The notes beneath the pieces were generated by a model. The model was not told the origin of the DNA. It worked only from the letters and a program-made list of their open reading frames with translations, and did not search any database. Source: a virus (lineage: Duplodnaviria; Caudoviricetes). From it: a stretch of 64,000 bases of DNA. Of the stretch, positions 1 through 12,400 are shown in pieces. The DNA is taken from IMG/VR virus record IMGVR_UViG_3300047565_000101, positions 40,801 through 104,800 of that record. One strand, given 5' to 3'. Position 1 is the stretch's first letter. Every line of letters begins with the position of its first letter. The position numbers were made by a program, and so were the translations under genes.

Positions 1-870
1 ACCCATGTAAAGACCATCATTTGTACTGTTTACATTTGTTCCGATCTTCATGCTACCAGCCGACATATATCCGCTAAATTCTCCAGCTGTCGCTGTGATT
101 GTTCCCTTAATTGAAAGATCGCCATTAGTGTCAAATGATAATATTGCGCCAGCTACTGTTCCGCCTGATCCAAATACTTCAAGAGGATTACCAGTTCCAC
201 GAATAATTACGTGCTTGCCAGAGGTTGAACCTACTGTAATTGTTGAGCTTGAGCTAAGAGTTCCAGTTGCAATCTTGTCAGCTGTTACAGTTATAATTCC
301 GCTATTAGAAACTTTGCCAACTCTTACTGGGTTTCCTGTTGCAGCAACTGCTGATGATGCGTCACCAGCTCTATTGAAAGCAACGATTTTAATATAGTAA
401 TCAACATCATACGATATCGTTAGTGATCCATTAACAACTGTATCTACTCCTAGATAGACAGAGTTATTATTATTTGCAAAATCTAATACATCAACAAAGT
501 TAGCACTAGGACCAGAATCTGCTGGTGTAAATGAAGAAGATGTGCCAATATAAATCTTTGCATAGTCAGACTGATTTGACTGATTTGCACCAGTTGAAGT
601 CTTTCCATTCCAAGATACTTCAATTGCACCTAGGACTGGTCTTACCGTTGGTGTTGATGGGTCTGATGGTGCAGCTAGCTCTATCGCTGGGACTTCTACA
701 TTTTTAACAGCTGACCAATTGCTAAATGTGCCATCTTTATATTTCCATCTAAATTGAATTGGGTATGCGTCTGCTACATCCGTTAGAGCAAGGTCAGTAA
801 TAGTAACATTAAAATAGTTACCATTTTCAAATGACTCAGAGGTGTCTTTTAGCAGATCTTCATATGCCAT
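1..870 (-). CDS. Minor tail/fibre protein with FN3-like segments, truncated by window edge
   Basis: ATG at 870 (MAYEDLLKDTSESFENGNYFNVTITDL...APSDPSTPTVRPVLGAIEVSWNGK) runs towards position 1; absent from the ORF track because it has no stop in the window; last gene of the tail module. Confidence 0.65.
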   Translation of the reverse strand, partial: MAYEDLLKDTSESFENGNYFNVTITDLALTDVADAYPIQFRWKYKDGTFSNWSAVKNVEVPAIELAAPSDPSTPTVRPVLGAIEVSWNGKTSTGANQSNQSDYAKIYIGTSSSFTPADSGPSANFVDVLDFANNNNSVYLGVDTVVNGSLTISYDVDYYIKIVAFNRAGDASSAVAATGNPVRVGKVSNSGIITVTADKIATGTLSSSSTITVGSTSGKHVIIRGTGNPLEVFGSGGTVAGAILSFDTNGDLSIKGTITATAGEFSGYMSAGSMKIGTNVNSTNDGLYMG

Positions 871-871
871 A

Positions 872-1774
872 TTAGAACCCCAGCTCTAGCCTATACTCTA
901 CATCTACTTGACGACCAGCCTGCTTTGTTAATACTGTAGACAAAACAGATCTACTTATTATTCCAAATGCTGGGTCAAATGTGTCCTCATCATTAATTCT
1001 AATTCCATCAAATCCAACAGAAGTCGTTCCGCCAGACTCTTCTATTTCTATCTTTAATTTAGATATTGTTGATTTGTCTGGTGTTCCATACGCAACAAGA
1101 TCTCCAATTGAAGCAGATGCTAGCTTATATCCAGTGCCAGAAGGAACCGTAAAGTCTAGAGTGTATCCATTTCCAGTTGATGTCTCAAAGTATAAAGTTA
1201 TTGCGGAAACGTAAGCATCATTCTTATAAAAAGCAATTGTTGCAGTATCATTTGCGCTGTATCCAGAGATATCTAATGTAGTGTTATAGGTATAGACATC
1301 TGCAGCCATTGTTGCCAGGCTATCTCCGATCTTTGCATTTGATGTAGTTAGAGTAGCAGTGTTTCCAACGCTATCCGTCCAATCAATTACATTATCAAAG
1401 TCTGCTAGGAACTTGCTATCATAGTTATTTGTTGTGGTTCTTACTGCTGGGTATAGACCGACTTCTGATATGACACCAGCCACATCCTGCGGAAGCGTTG
1501 TCTTATATACAACGGAATATGTAGTTGTATCATCAACTGTTCGTATGTCTGTGCTTCCAAATTCAATTGGGAGTCTATAGAATTCAAATCCTAACCTCGT
1601 ATCATTTTCTGTTGCGGTAGTTGGGTCTACTCCAAATGCTAGGTCTTTTCCTAGATTAGCGATATTGCCAGCTACAAAATTAGTTAAATATCTTTTACCA
1701 AACTTAGTAATTACATTTGGTGAGCGATAGATTTCTTTGCCATCTTCATAAAATATATATGTACCTTTAATCAT
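872..1774 (-). CDS. Minor tail/baseplate-like protein
   Basis: MIKGTY start chosen 2 nt after upstream stop; N-term NVITKFGKRYL and ISEVGLY motifs typical of tail-tip structural proteins. Confidence 0.55.
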   Translation of the reverse strand: MIKGTYIFYEDGKEIYRSPNVITKFGKRYLTNFVAGNIANLGKDLAFGVDPTTATENDTRLGFEFYRLPIEFGSTDIRTVDDTTTYSVVYKTTLPQDVAGVISEVGLYPAVRTTTNNYDSKFLADFDNVIDWTDSVGNTATLTTSNAKIGDSLATMAADVYTYNTTLDISGYSANDTATIAFYKNDAYVSAITLYFETSTGNGYTLDFTVPSGTGYKLASASIGDLVAYGTPDKSTISKLKIEIEESGGTTSVGFDGIRINDEDTFDPAFGIISRSVLSTVLTKQAGRQVDVEYRLELGF

Positions 1775-1775
1775 A

Positions 1776-2213
1776 TTAAGCAAACGGATTGTAAATCCTT
1801 GCATCCACCCCCACTACATTTTCTGGAAAAGAAAACGAATTTCTTACCTTAATTACTGCTTTAGCCTTGCTGTTTCCAAGAGTATCCTTATATTGAGTAA
1901 CTACAATGCTCTCAATATCGGAAAGATCTGGCGTATCGGTTCTAGTTAAATATTCAGAAATATCCGACTCAGTAATTGTAGCATCTGTTTTGCTGGAAGG
2001 CAATCCTGGAGCTACTAAACTTGTTGGGCTAGAGAGGGATGACGATATTGGATAGGATGGCTCTGGCTGTCCTGCTACCTGGTTAGCATCTACAATTAGG
2101 ACCTTACTAGGATCCATCCATATTGATAGCCTACTGTCCTTTTTGATAATAGGCTTAGCAGCTTGAACAACTCTCGCTGCTGGTATTCTCTTATTATCTA
2201 TATTCTCTAGCAT
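1776..2213 (-). CDS. Hypothetical tail-module protein
   Basis: 145-aa ORF; TGA-TATAAT 6 nt before ATG (leaderless promoter). Confidence 0.5.
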   Translation of the reverse strand: MLENIDNKRIPAARVVQAAKPIIKKDSRLSIWMDPSKVLIVDANQVAGQPEPSYPISSSLSSPTSLVAPGLPSSKTDATITESDISEYLTRTDTPDLSDIESIVVTQYKDTLGNSKAKAVIKVRNSFSFPENVVGVDARIYNPFA

Positions 2214-2237
2214 CTTATCATTATATCATTTACAGAA

Positions 2238-3932
2238 CTAAAGTGTTCTGCAAACAATACTTGTCTCCAATCCATCCTGATAGGAGTGTGATATTTCAGT
2301 AATTATAAACTTTGCAGTCTCAGAAATTCCTTGGTATGAATACTTAATTGAAATCATGTCTCCGACTGAAAGTAATGGGTTTCCAAATGTTGAAAATGAA
2401 ACAAGCTTGCTTTTATTAATGACAACAGACTTTATCCAATTTGCTAGATTTTTGACATCTGGCTCTGTTTGAAGCCACTGTGACTCAAATATAACTGGCT
2501 CTTGATTTGAAAAATCTGACTCTTCATCTGTTTTATATACTAGAGTTCCAGAATCTCCAATGCTATTGCCAAATACCATCAGCATATTTGTTCCGTTATC
2601 AGCAAGTGGCACAGTTGTAGAAGTATTATTTAGAATAAAAGCCTCTGCTCCAAAACTTGAAAGCTTTGATCCAATTATATTAACTGCATCATTTTCTCCA
2701 GATGACCAACCAATAGGGAACGAAGGATTTTCAAATCTTTGCTTAACATATGCAATTTCTCTAACCACTGATCCAAATTCTTCAACGACCTTCTTAGTCT
2801 TATATGTTGATATTGCGTCAGATGCGTTATTTGAGTTATACATCAAATTCCCGTAGGCTGTATCTAGTAGATCATTTGAGAACTGGCCCTTATAAAGATT
2901 AATATCTACATCTGTGGACAGGTATCTTGCTTCATCTATAGATGCTGCATAAACATAATCAAATGCCACCTTGCCCTTGATGGACATAACTCCAATTGCT
3001 TGAGTTGGTGCTATTATTGAATTTAGTGGCTCGCCTGCAGTGTATGAATTTGTGTCAGACGCTATTATCTTAAATCCATTAATAAATACTGTTATATTAA
3101 CTGCATCTCCACTGACCTTTACTTTAATATCTAGGTTATACGTGTTCCCGCCGTAAATTCCGTCAAAGATGTTTGCCTTGGCTGTCTGTGTGTCAGCTAA
3201 AACCTTAAGTCCAGAAGTAGTGGACTTGACTATGCGGACCGACTTTCTTCCTTGAGCACCAGATGATGCTGTGCTTTCTACAATTACATAGTAGCCAGAC
3301 TTACCTTCATTTGATAAAAAGAATCCTAGGCCTCCAGATTGGCTTGTTTCATTTTGGGCATTGTTCATAAATATACTTGTGCCAAATGTATAATAAGCAG
3401 GAGTATATGATTTAAGTATAGCCTGAGCCCATGTTGGGGCTGAGATAGAGGACTGTGTTGATGTCGTAGTATTTACTCCATCGAAGGATTTATAAGCCAC
3501 AGCAAATTCATTCTTTTTTCCGCCAGGATATGCTATCTCAAAATATGACTTAGCGCTAGTTAATTTTTGAGGATCAATACCACTTGATATAACAGTTCCG
3601 CCAAGAGATGTTGAGGATAGCTTATATTGCAATATGGTCTGGCTGTTTCCAAGCTGGCTTCCATTCTTGCCCTGTATTTTAAAGTTGTATATGCCGCCCG
3701 CTACAAGGCCCGTCACAGCCACTGGAAGGGCCGTAGCGTTGACTGTAATGGCAGAGCCTATGTTTGTACCAGAAGAATTAACCTGCTGGGCTGTAACCAC
3801 GTAGGCGGGTGCATCAACGGTAGCCATAAGCTTAACACTAGTTAAAGAATCTTGCTCATAAACAAATGCTGGTCCATCTGGATTATACGTTGAGTAATTT
3901 CCATCTTCGCCTGTTTCTACGATTATTGTCAT
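2238..3932 (-). CDS. Minor tail protein (FN3/lectin-like domains plus hub-like C-terminus)
   Basis: ATGA overlap with upstream gene; C-term FGNPLLSVGDMISI...IITEISHSY typical of tail hub/tip proteins. Confidence 0.6.
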   Translation of the reverse strand: MTIIVETGEDGNYSTYNPDGPAFVYEQDSLTSVKLMATVDAPAYVVTAQQVNSSGTNIGSAITVNATALPVAVTGLVAGGIYNFKIQGKNGSQLGNSQTILQYKLSSTSLGGTVISSGIDPQKLTSAKSYFEIAYPGGKKNEFAVAYKSFDGVNTTTSTQSSISAPTWAQAILKSYTPAYYTFGTSIFMNNAQNETSQSGGLGFFLSNEGKSGYYVIVESTASSGAQGRKSVRIVKSTTSGLKVLADTQTAKANIFDGIYGGNTYNLDIKVKVSGDAVNITVFINGFKIIASDTNSYTAGEPLNSIIAPTQAIGVMSIKGKVAFDYVYAASIDEARYLSTDVDINLYKGQFSNDLLDTAYGNLMYNSNNASDAISTYKTKKVVEEFGSVVREIAYVKQRFENPSFPIGWSSGENDAVNIIGSKLSSFGAEAFILNNTSTTVPLADNGTNMLMVFGNSIGDSGTLVYKTDEESDFSNQEPVIFESQWLQTEPDVKNLANWIKSVVINKSKLVSFSTFGNPLLSVGDMISIKYSYQGISETAKFIITEISHSYQDGLETSIVCRTL

Positions 3933-5959
3933 GTCCAGCTTACCGTCCTTCCGTACCATCCATCCAGCTTATATACCGCTGGATCATGCTTTACCGCAGT
4001 GGTTCCAAGAGCACCTCTTGTTTTAATTAAATATCTACCACTAGGTTTAAAATAAGATGACCCAATTGGGTCGTCTGGGTTAGAAAAACCTGGCTTAGAT
4101 AAAGCTAAATACTTATTTGCATCTGCCATGCTCTTTAAGAACTGATGGGTCACTGTGCCGTCAAGCAAAACAATATCGTATCCAATTCCATCATACTCGA
4201 TAATCTCAGAATCAACTAATATGTATCCAGCATAATTAAAGAATTGAAGCTGAGAGCTGTAAGCATCCAGGGAGAATATATCTATAACAAACTCTGTGCT
4301 GTTTAATTCAATGGCATTCTTGAGAGATCCTGCGCTCAGATAGTTTACAGGTGATGTCCATAGGTCAGATGAGCTTTGTGTATAATTAGATACAATTGGT
4401 GTGTGCCATAATACCTGTACACTATTTGCAGATGCAATATCTTTCTTTGCAAAATCAGCAATATTTGGAAGGGTATCTCCATCTTGATCATATGTAAATG
4501 TCCAGACAGAAGATCTTCCGTCCTTATCATATAAATAGTCTCTGCTGTAGAACTGGAGGACATTGTATTCATCCATTACAGCATTCATTTGTATGTCTCT
4601 ACATAAAGCTTGAATAGCTTCCCATGCTGTGGTTCTATTGTCCGTCCACCAATATATAATTTGTGGAACAGATGTATCATTTGCCTTCAAGTTAAATTTA
4701 TAGTTTGTAAATCCAACGGAGTCTAGTAGATTTCTAAGAATCGCTGTTACTGGAAACTTCTCGCAAAGCAAATCTGGGCACAGGGTATCCATCAAATATT
4801 TTGTAGAATCGAGTCCAGTTACTCTTGTGTATCCATGCTCATCAATAGTAAAGGAGTCTGCATAGTAAACTCCATGTGGTGTAATATCATACTTAGATCC
4901 AGTTGACCCAAGGGCTCCATTTTCATGGTATGTCTTGATATAAGGAACAATCTCAGCATTCTTTGTCATGTAAATTAAAGAAGAGTCAAATGATGTGCTT
5001 TCTCTATTATATTCAATTATTTGTAATGCAGACTGATCGTACTTTGCTAATCCAATTTGAAGAGAGTTTGATGTAACCTTTCCAACTGGCAAGATATCTT
5101 CCGATGAAGAAGAAGATTCCTTTTTAACTGAGAATGATGCTATGTCGGAAGAAATATCCTTTATCCATCTAGCGGATATCTCTATAACTCCTACATACTT
5201 TCCTCCGCCTGGATTCGTAGCGGTAACACGAATTGACTTAATGGAAAGAGGTATATCAAAAGATAGGGTATTTTGATTTACCTCTGCACCGTCTACTGCA
5301 GTCCATGATCCACCAGATAAATATATATAAGCATACCCACTAGTTGGTGGGGTGCCAGCATTAACAACTGTTACAGTTGAGTTATCTGATTTTGTAATAA
5401 CTACTGTATACGCAGAAGGTAATGCGTGAAACTTTTCAAACTTGACTATAATCTTATTTACAAGAGCTTCTTTATTGCCAGCAGGAATATCTCCAGTCTT
5501 GCCAGCATTTGACCATGTTGTTGAAGTTTGCTTGTATTGTACAGTTAGATCTATATTTGTATCTTTTGCGCCAATCCAATATTTATAATTAACGCTTATT
5601 CCTGGGTAGTACACTCTAGCTTTTGAGTCCGATCTGCTTGATCCAAAATAATCAACAGTTCTATATGGAGTGTATGACGCTGTGTCAGTTGAAGACATAA
5701 CATAATATTTAGCACCAGAATAAACTGGTCTAAATGGCTTTACGATTGAATCTACTGGGAATAGCTTCTTGAATGGATTAGCGGTGCCTGTTGGCCAATC
5801 TGTAATCTTGCTAATATATGTGCTATCTGATGTTGCTGACGTTACTGTAATCCCGTCTATAATTGAATTCATATTTAATTCTAGGGTGCAGCCAAGGGAA
5901 GTCTTTACAGTTGTTTCATTCTTATAGATATTCTTAAGATTATCAGAGGAGGTTAGCAT
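3929..5959 (-). CDS. Tail tip/hub-like minor tail protein
   Basis: 676 aa, second gene after TMP; TAWEAIQALCRD...MDEYNVLQF hub-like motif. Confidence 0.6.
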   Translation of the reverse strand: MLTSSDNLKNIYKNETTVKTSLGCTLELNMNSIIDGITVTSATSDSTYISKITDWPTGTANPFKKLFPVDSIVKPFRPVYSGAKYYVMSSTDTASYTPYRTVDYFGSSRSDSKARVYYPGISVNYKYWIGAKDTNIDLTVQYKQTSTTWSNAGKTGDIPAGNKEALVNKIIVKFEKFHALPSAYTVVITKSDNSTVTVVNAGTPPTSGYAYIYLSGGSWTAVDGAEVNQNTLSFDIPLSIKSIRVTATNPGGGKYVGVIEISARWIKDISSDIASFSVKKESSSSSEDILPVGKVTSNSLQIGLAKYDQSALQIIEYNRESTSFDSSLIYMTKNAEIVPYIKTYHENGALGSTGSKYDITPHGVYYADSFTIDEHGYTRVTGLDSTKYLMDTLCPDLLCEKFPVTAILRNLLDSVGFTNYKFNLKANDTSVPQIIYWWTDNRTTAWEAIQALCRDIQMNAVMDEYNVLQFYSRDYLYDKDGRSSVWTFTYDQDGDTLPNIADFAKKDIASANSVQVLWHTPIVSNYTQSSSDLWTSPVNYLSAGSLKNAIELNSTEFVIDIFSLDAYSSQLQFFNYAGYILVDSEIIEYDGIGYDIVLLDGTVTHQFLKSMADANKYLALSKPGFSNPDDPIGSSYFKPSGRYLIKTRGALGTTAVKHDPAVYKLDGWYGRTVSWT

Positions 5960-6432
5960 TATACCTCTTCCAATGACATTGACACATTATAGTGAGCTTG
6001 AACTCCACGCTTTTGAAGTACGGAATTAAATGATGTGAATACAACATTGTACTCTTCGTATCCCGAAGACTCCTGATTTGTTCCGTCTTTTGCGTAGTTT
6101 ATTCTAATTCGGAAAGAATCTCTTCCTTCTGTACTCTTATAAAATGTTTTTAAATCTTCCGCTCCCCAATATCCATCTACAGTAAATTCTCTGTATGCTG
6201 GAAGTAGATCCCAAGAAACATCAAAGACAGCCTTATCAGCTACAAAATGCTTTCTTAGTGTTCCATTTGACATTCTTTGTGCATTTTCAATACGGTTATT
6301 ACCCTCAGTAAACTCTGATCTATTATGCTCTGAAACCTTATTAAACTGAAGGGTTGTTACAGGTGGGTTAGCCAATGGATCCTTTGCCTCGATTTGAAGC
6401 AATGTTCCTTTAGGTAGCGTTAAATAGCTCAT
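5959..6432 (-). CDS. Distal tail-like minor tail protein
   Basis: 157 aa immediately after TMP; RMSNGTLRKH...VSWDLLP pattern. Confidence 0.55.
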   Translation of the reverse strand: MSYLTLPKGTLLQIEAKDPLANPPVTTLQFNKVSEHNRSEFTEGNNRIENAQRMSNGTLRKHFVADKAVFDVSWDLLPAYREFTVDGYWGAEDLKTFYKSTEGRDSFRIRINYAKDGTNQESSGYEEYNVVFTSFNSVLQKRGVQAHYNVSMSLEEV

Positions 6433-9400
6433 ATTCTCTTGACCCCAGGCTTTCCTTCTGCTGCAAAATTAACATCCTTGATATTCTTCATAGCAGTAAT
6501 TGTCTTTCTTGTCACAACCTCAGAAAGCTGCTCCATGTTCATATCTGTTCCGCTAATATTATTTATAATTGTTATTCCACCCATTTTACCATTTGATGAA
6601 TTATTAGCAAGGCTTACTGAGTTAGATGCTAAATTATACATTGGCATATTAAACTTATGGGTTGGAATTATGTCGGCTGTCTGATTAAACTTAATAATCT
6701 CTGGGCCATTCTCTCCTACAAGGGCAACTGTTCCAGCCATTCCACGCATGCCGTTCCACCCCTTTGCCTTAGGAGTCATGCCCTTCTTTAATGTTTTTCC
6801 AGGCTCTTGATCTGTTCTATATCTAACACCAGTATTTGTTACAACATACTCTATTCCATTTTGTGTAACAAGTCTGTTTGCGATAGCCTTTGTTTCAACC
6901 TGTCCAGTTGTTGCAGATACGGTTGTAGTAGTAGTCTTTGGGCCATCTGTAACCTTTTTCCCAGTAAATGTTTCAACTGCTAATGTAAACGCATCTACTG
7001 CTTTATCAAACTTTGTTCCAGCCTTTGCGAGAGTCAAAGTTTCACTAGAAAGATCTGAGAATATTCTTTGGTATGGCTTACCCATATCATTTAAGTCGGA
7101 AGGACCTGGTGCAGACTTTAATCCACCAGGAGAATATTTCTTTTCCATTTCCATTGCTGCTGCCTTAAGGCTAGCATTCGAGCTAGACTTTGCATTGTTT
7201 AATACAGCTGCAATTTCTTTTCCAGCTTCCGCTGTGTACTTACCGCCATGCTTTGCAATTATAGAAGCTAGCTCGCTTGAAAGAGCTTCGGCCTCAGCTG
7301 CTACAGCTGCCTTATTTTCTGATGCGCTTTGTGAGGATGCAACTGCTTTTGCTACTGAGTCTTTCTGATCTTGTAGTCTTTGAATCTGATCCTCAAGCTT
7401 CTTAATATCTGCGTCGTACTTATCGTTAATAGACTGACGAGCGAGCTCTCTTTGTCTATCGGCAGAAAGCTGTTCTATTGAAAGCTTTTCTTGTGCAGCT
7501 TGAGCCAAGTTACCAGTAGCGAGTGCTTGCTGATATCTAATTTGAGCTTGCTTAACCTGTGTTTCAAAATTTTGTGACTTCTCTTGAATATCAAGTATTT
7601 CAAGTCTCTTGTCTCTTTCTTCCTCAAGCTTATCAATTAATTTCTGCTTAGCCTTAATCTGATCATCAATTGATTGTGAGTCCTGCTTAGCTGCATTATT
7701 TGCAGCCTTTGCAGCCTTATCAGCAGCAGCTCTTGCAGCAACAGCAACCTTTCCGATTGATGTCTGCTTATTAATAACTTTAGTAGCAGACTCACTAACT
7801 CTTTCATATCCAGCAGCAACATCAACAGCCTGATCTGGTGTGAGTAGCCCTATATCAACTGTTGTGCTTAATCCACTTAAGTAAAGTCTATACTTTGCAA
7901 ATACACTTAGAATTGTCTCTGCATTTCCAAGCATTGAACCAAGTGCTAGGTCTTGGCTCTTAAGCAATGTCAATGTATTTTGATCCATTGGAAGAGTAGC
8001 TGTTTTTGTTGCCTTTAACTTTTCAAAAGTTAGCTCTAATGACTTTGCCTGATCAACAACTTGTCCATCAACCTTAGTTCCTACAAGAGACTGTCTATAT
8101 GACTCAAAGCTACTAATTACATTATCTAGTCCACGCTGAAACTCTTCCGCATTAAATGTTTGTGGGTCTGAGAGCTGCTTTCCAAGCAATGACAATGAGT
8201 GTGTGGCAGCGCTTGACTTATCTATGATGGACTTAAATCCCTTTGATGATATGGCTGAGAATGCTTGGTTTGCCTTATCTGAGGCTGAAATAATTGTATA
8301 AATCTTATTTGTAGCTTCTTGAACGCTCATGCCCATTGCAACAAACTGAGCCTTCATTGAAGATGCTAAATCTACAACCTTGCTATCGTCTGCCTTATTA
8401 AAGATTGATACTGTTTCTTTTGCATTTTTCTTAGCAGATGCAATGCCTTCTTTAAGCTCCTTGATTGTTAAAGTTAATCCAGATACTCCAGAGCCACTGA
8501 ATGAATCGTAAGCTGTCTCAACCTTTGCCTTGCTTAGCTCAAGCTGCTTATTCATTTCCTTAATCTTATCTGATATACTTACATACTTTAAGCCAACTTC
8601 AGCAAGGGCTGACTTTGTTCCTCCGTACATTGCACGATTTACTTCACCTGCATCTTCTGCGCTCTTTCTCCACATTTGAAGACCCTTAACCATCATGAAT
8701 AAGGATCCGATAACAGCTCCTGGTATTGTTAGCCTACCGAGTATTGATGCAACCTTAGTTAAAGTAGGTAAGAATCCTCCAACCATCTTAAGTCCTGATA
8801 GCATTGGAAGAATATTAGAGGCAATCATAATTGCTGTTCCAGCACCACCACCGACTGCCTGGCCAGCTGCCATTCCAGCCATTCCAATTCCCATTTGAGT
8901 GCCTAGACCCATAGTAGGAAGGCCGTTACCAAACATGCTCTTACCATATGAATTTTTTAGACCAGCTCTATAAGCTCCAACTGCTCCACCAGCATTGTAA
9001 CCAGGAACCATTCCACCCTTATTTAGATGAATCATTCCTCCACGATTTCTCATGGCTCTTGAACCAGTTTTTCTAATAGCTGCGCCTATTGGATCAAAAC
9101 CAAGCTGCAATGACTTAAGAAGTCCGAATGAGCCACCTCTTCTTACGAGTGGCATTCCTACGTTTGTTTTTCTTCCAGCATGTGGTAAGAACTTATCTGG
9201 GAACTTAGAAGTATTTGGATTTCTATCCACTAGCTGTAATTCATCTATTGGAATATGAGCATAACTTAACTTCTTGCCATCTCTTTGTCCAGCTGGAACA
9301 GCTTGTCTTTGTGTTTCATAAGACAATCCATGCTCATTGGAGGTTATTGCTCTAGTAGCCTCATGTCTTATTTTAAATGGCTTCTGACCAGGAACCTTGA

Positions 9401-12400
9401 CTATAATATTATTTTCATTCTTTGGATCAGCAGCAAACTCTATTTCTTTTCCATACTTAGATGAAAGAGTAGATATTAGTGCACTTCTTCTTTGATCAAT
9501 TGTTCCTTCTCCAGGGAATGAGAATCTCATTGCACCAGTGCTGGCTAGTACCTTTATTGCATCTTTAGATAGGCCCGCCTTTAAGTAAGCTGCAGTTAAA
9601 TGCTTTCCAAATTGCATTTCAGTCAAAGGATCTTGAGGGTTGCCGATTGAAGATGACAATGAGCTTAATATAATGCTCTTTTGATCATCAGTGATTGATC
9701 CATAGCCAGCTTTACTCATTAACCTACTAGCCATATCAAAGGCACCTGGCTGAGAGAATTCAGACAAGAATGCTGCTCCAGGTATTCCTCTTCCACCACG
9801 TGTTGTTAAATTAGATTGACCATGCATCATTGGGTATACAGAATTCTGTAACATTGGGATGCTAATTCCTGCATGCTCCAAGAGAGCCATTACCTTATAT
9901 TGCTCGCCTCTGCCTAGCTTAGATGCATTGTTTAGTGCATCATAAACGCTTGTGTTATCCTTCTTTATAGCACCATTAGAACCAATATTATATCCTGGTC
10001 CAGTAGAGCCAGAACCATTAATTGCTTGAAGCAATGGCAGGTTAGCTCTTGTTGATTTAGCATTTACAACAAACTCTCCAGGAGTAAGCATAGCTGGAAC
10101 AACATCTGCATTTACATTTGGGCCTGGAACAATGTTGCCATCATTTAGTGTATAGACATATCCACCACTATTCAATCTCTTTGGCTTAGTTGTTTCGATA
10201 CTATAACCACCACCAGAAGTTCTAACGCCAAGAGCTCCTGCAATTTTATTAACTAAAGTAGAAGTAGAGGACTTATGGAAAAGCTCCTTCATATTTGACT
10301 TTCCAGTCTTTGGATCAATAACTGGCTGTGATGTCAATGGAACTGTTGTGAGATTTGCCACTCTTCCTTGAGAAATTGCTACAGCTTGTGTTGTTTCAAC
10401 AATCATTTTTTCTACAGCTATATTTAAATCAATAATCTTTTGTCTTGCGACATCAACCTTTATTTTGCCTGCCTGTAGATCTGCGACAATAAGAGATGCT
10501 TCTTGTGCAGCACCAGTTGTAATGTTAGTAATCTGTGGAAGAAGTGCTTGATAAGAAGCTGAGAGCTCTGATGTAATGGCACCAGTTGAAGCAACCTCCT
10601 TCTTAAGAACTGCAATTTCTTCCTTTGACTGCATTGCTAGGGCACCAGTCATAGAGTGCCACTTTGCAGCTTCCGCTGCAACTACTCCAACCGACTTGCC
10701 CTTTCTAGCTGTGACATTCTCAAATAAAGGCATGTCATCATTCATATAAACCTGCGGTGTTGCACCAAGATTTCTATTCAATGGAATTGGATTTGGGACC
10801 ATTCCGAATATAGTCTGATTCATCTTCTGCTGTTCTGTCATTCCAGAAACAGGGTTCATGTGTGCGCTTGCTCTACTTCCAGCTGGACCAATTAATGGGT
10901 GCTCTGGGTTAGCAACTCTTGATGCGCCTTGAATAATTGTATTACCTTGTACTGTAGATATAGTTGGCTGTACTGATACGCTACCAGATGCGGCTTTTTG
11001 CTGAAGGATTGTTAACTGATCATTTACACCCTGAAGAGCTGCCTTGAGAGCAAGTGCTGCCTCTGCATCGCTATAGAATGTCTTCTCAATTAAATCTCCA
11101 GCCTTTTGAGCTGCTACCATCTCTGGTGTTAATAATTTAAATCCTTCTCCACCCTTAAAGAGTGCCTTGAAGTGACCAATTCCCTTGATAATATATCCAA
11201 AGAAGTTTGCAAACACACCAGTTAACATAATAAGTGGACCAGCTAAAGCTGTAAATCCACCAATAATTGTAATAATATTTTTAAGAGGCTCAGGCATCTT
11301 ATTAATAAAGTCTAATACCTTATTAACAACTCCGATAATACTTGTTCCAATAGTAAGGAACTTATCTCCAACTTCCGCCATGTTTGCCTTGAGCGTTTCT
11401 AATGCTCTTGCATACTTACCTGCTGCCGACTCTGTTACTTGCGCTAATTCTCCAGTTGCTATCTGCTGAAGATCTGCTGAGCTTGCCTTCATCAAATCAA
11501 GAACCTGAAGTGTCTGGCTTCCTTGCTTTCCAAGATTCTCAAACAATGCGTTCATTCTTGAGAACTGGAACTTACCAAATAGCTGCTCAATAGCCTGCTG
11601 CTTTTGAAGCGGATTAAGCTTATCTAGTGCCCCCTGTAAATCTAATAATGTCTGCGTTACATTGCCAGCATTATTATTTACAATTCCAAGCAAGTCTATT
11701 CCAAAGCTCTTGAATTGTCCTACTGCAACCTTAGTTGGGTTAATGAGAGAAGCAAGACCAGACTTTAATGCGTTTGCACCTTCTGTTGCATTGATTCCGC
11801 CTTCACGCATTGCTGTTAGGTATAAAGCTAAGTCTTTTACATCTCCGCCAAGACCCTTTACTACTGGGCCAGCTTTTGGAATCGCTTCAACTAAGTCAGA
11901 AAGGCTTGTTGAGGTTTGGTTTTCAACTGCGTTAAGAAAGTTAATTGATTGAGAAAGCTCTTCTGTATTTTGCTTAAATGCGCTTTGAATAGCAAGAGTT
12001 GCCTTCATAGCCTCTTGCCTATCAACTTCACCAAGTACTGAAAGTCTAGTTGTTTCTTCTACCGATCTAAGTAGTTCATTTCCAGTCTTACCAGTTGCTG
12101 CAATATCTGCTGCAAGAGCAATAGTATCTTTAAATGAAACGCCCATTGATGCAGAAAGCTCTTTAGCTGTCTGAGATACATCGTCTCTAACCTTCTGAAG
12201 GTTTGTCGAGGAAGTCTTTGAAAGATCTCCGTAAACCTTAGTGAGTCTTGTTAATTCTTTATCTACTTCTCTAAATGCCTTTGCAGCTGCCATTCCGAAG
12301 CCAGCAATTGGCACAGTAAGTCCAACTGTAAGCTGTCTACCAGCCCACTGAGTATTCTTACCCCAGTTAATTAATTGAACTCCGCCATCTTGCACAACCT

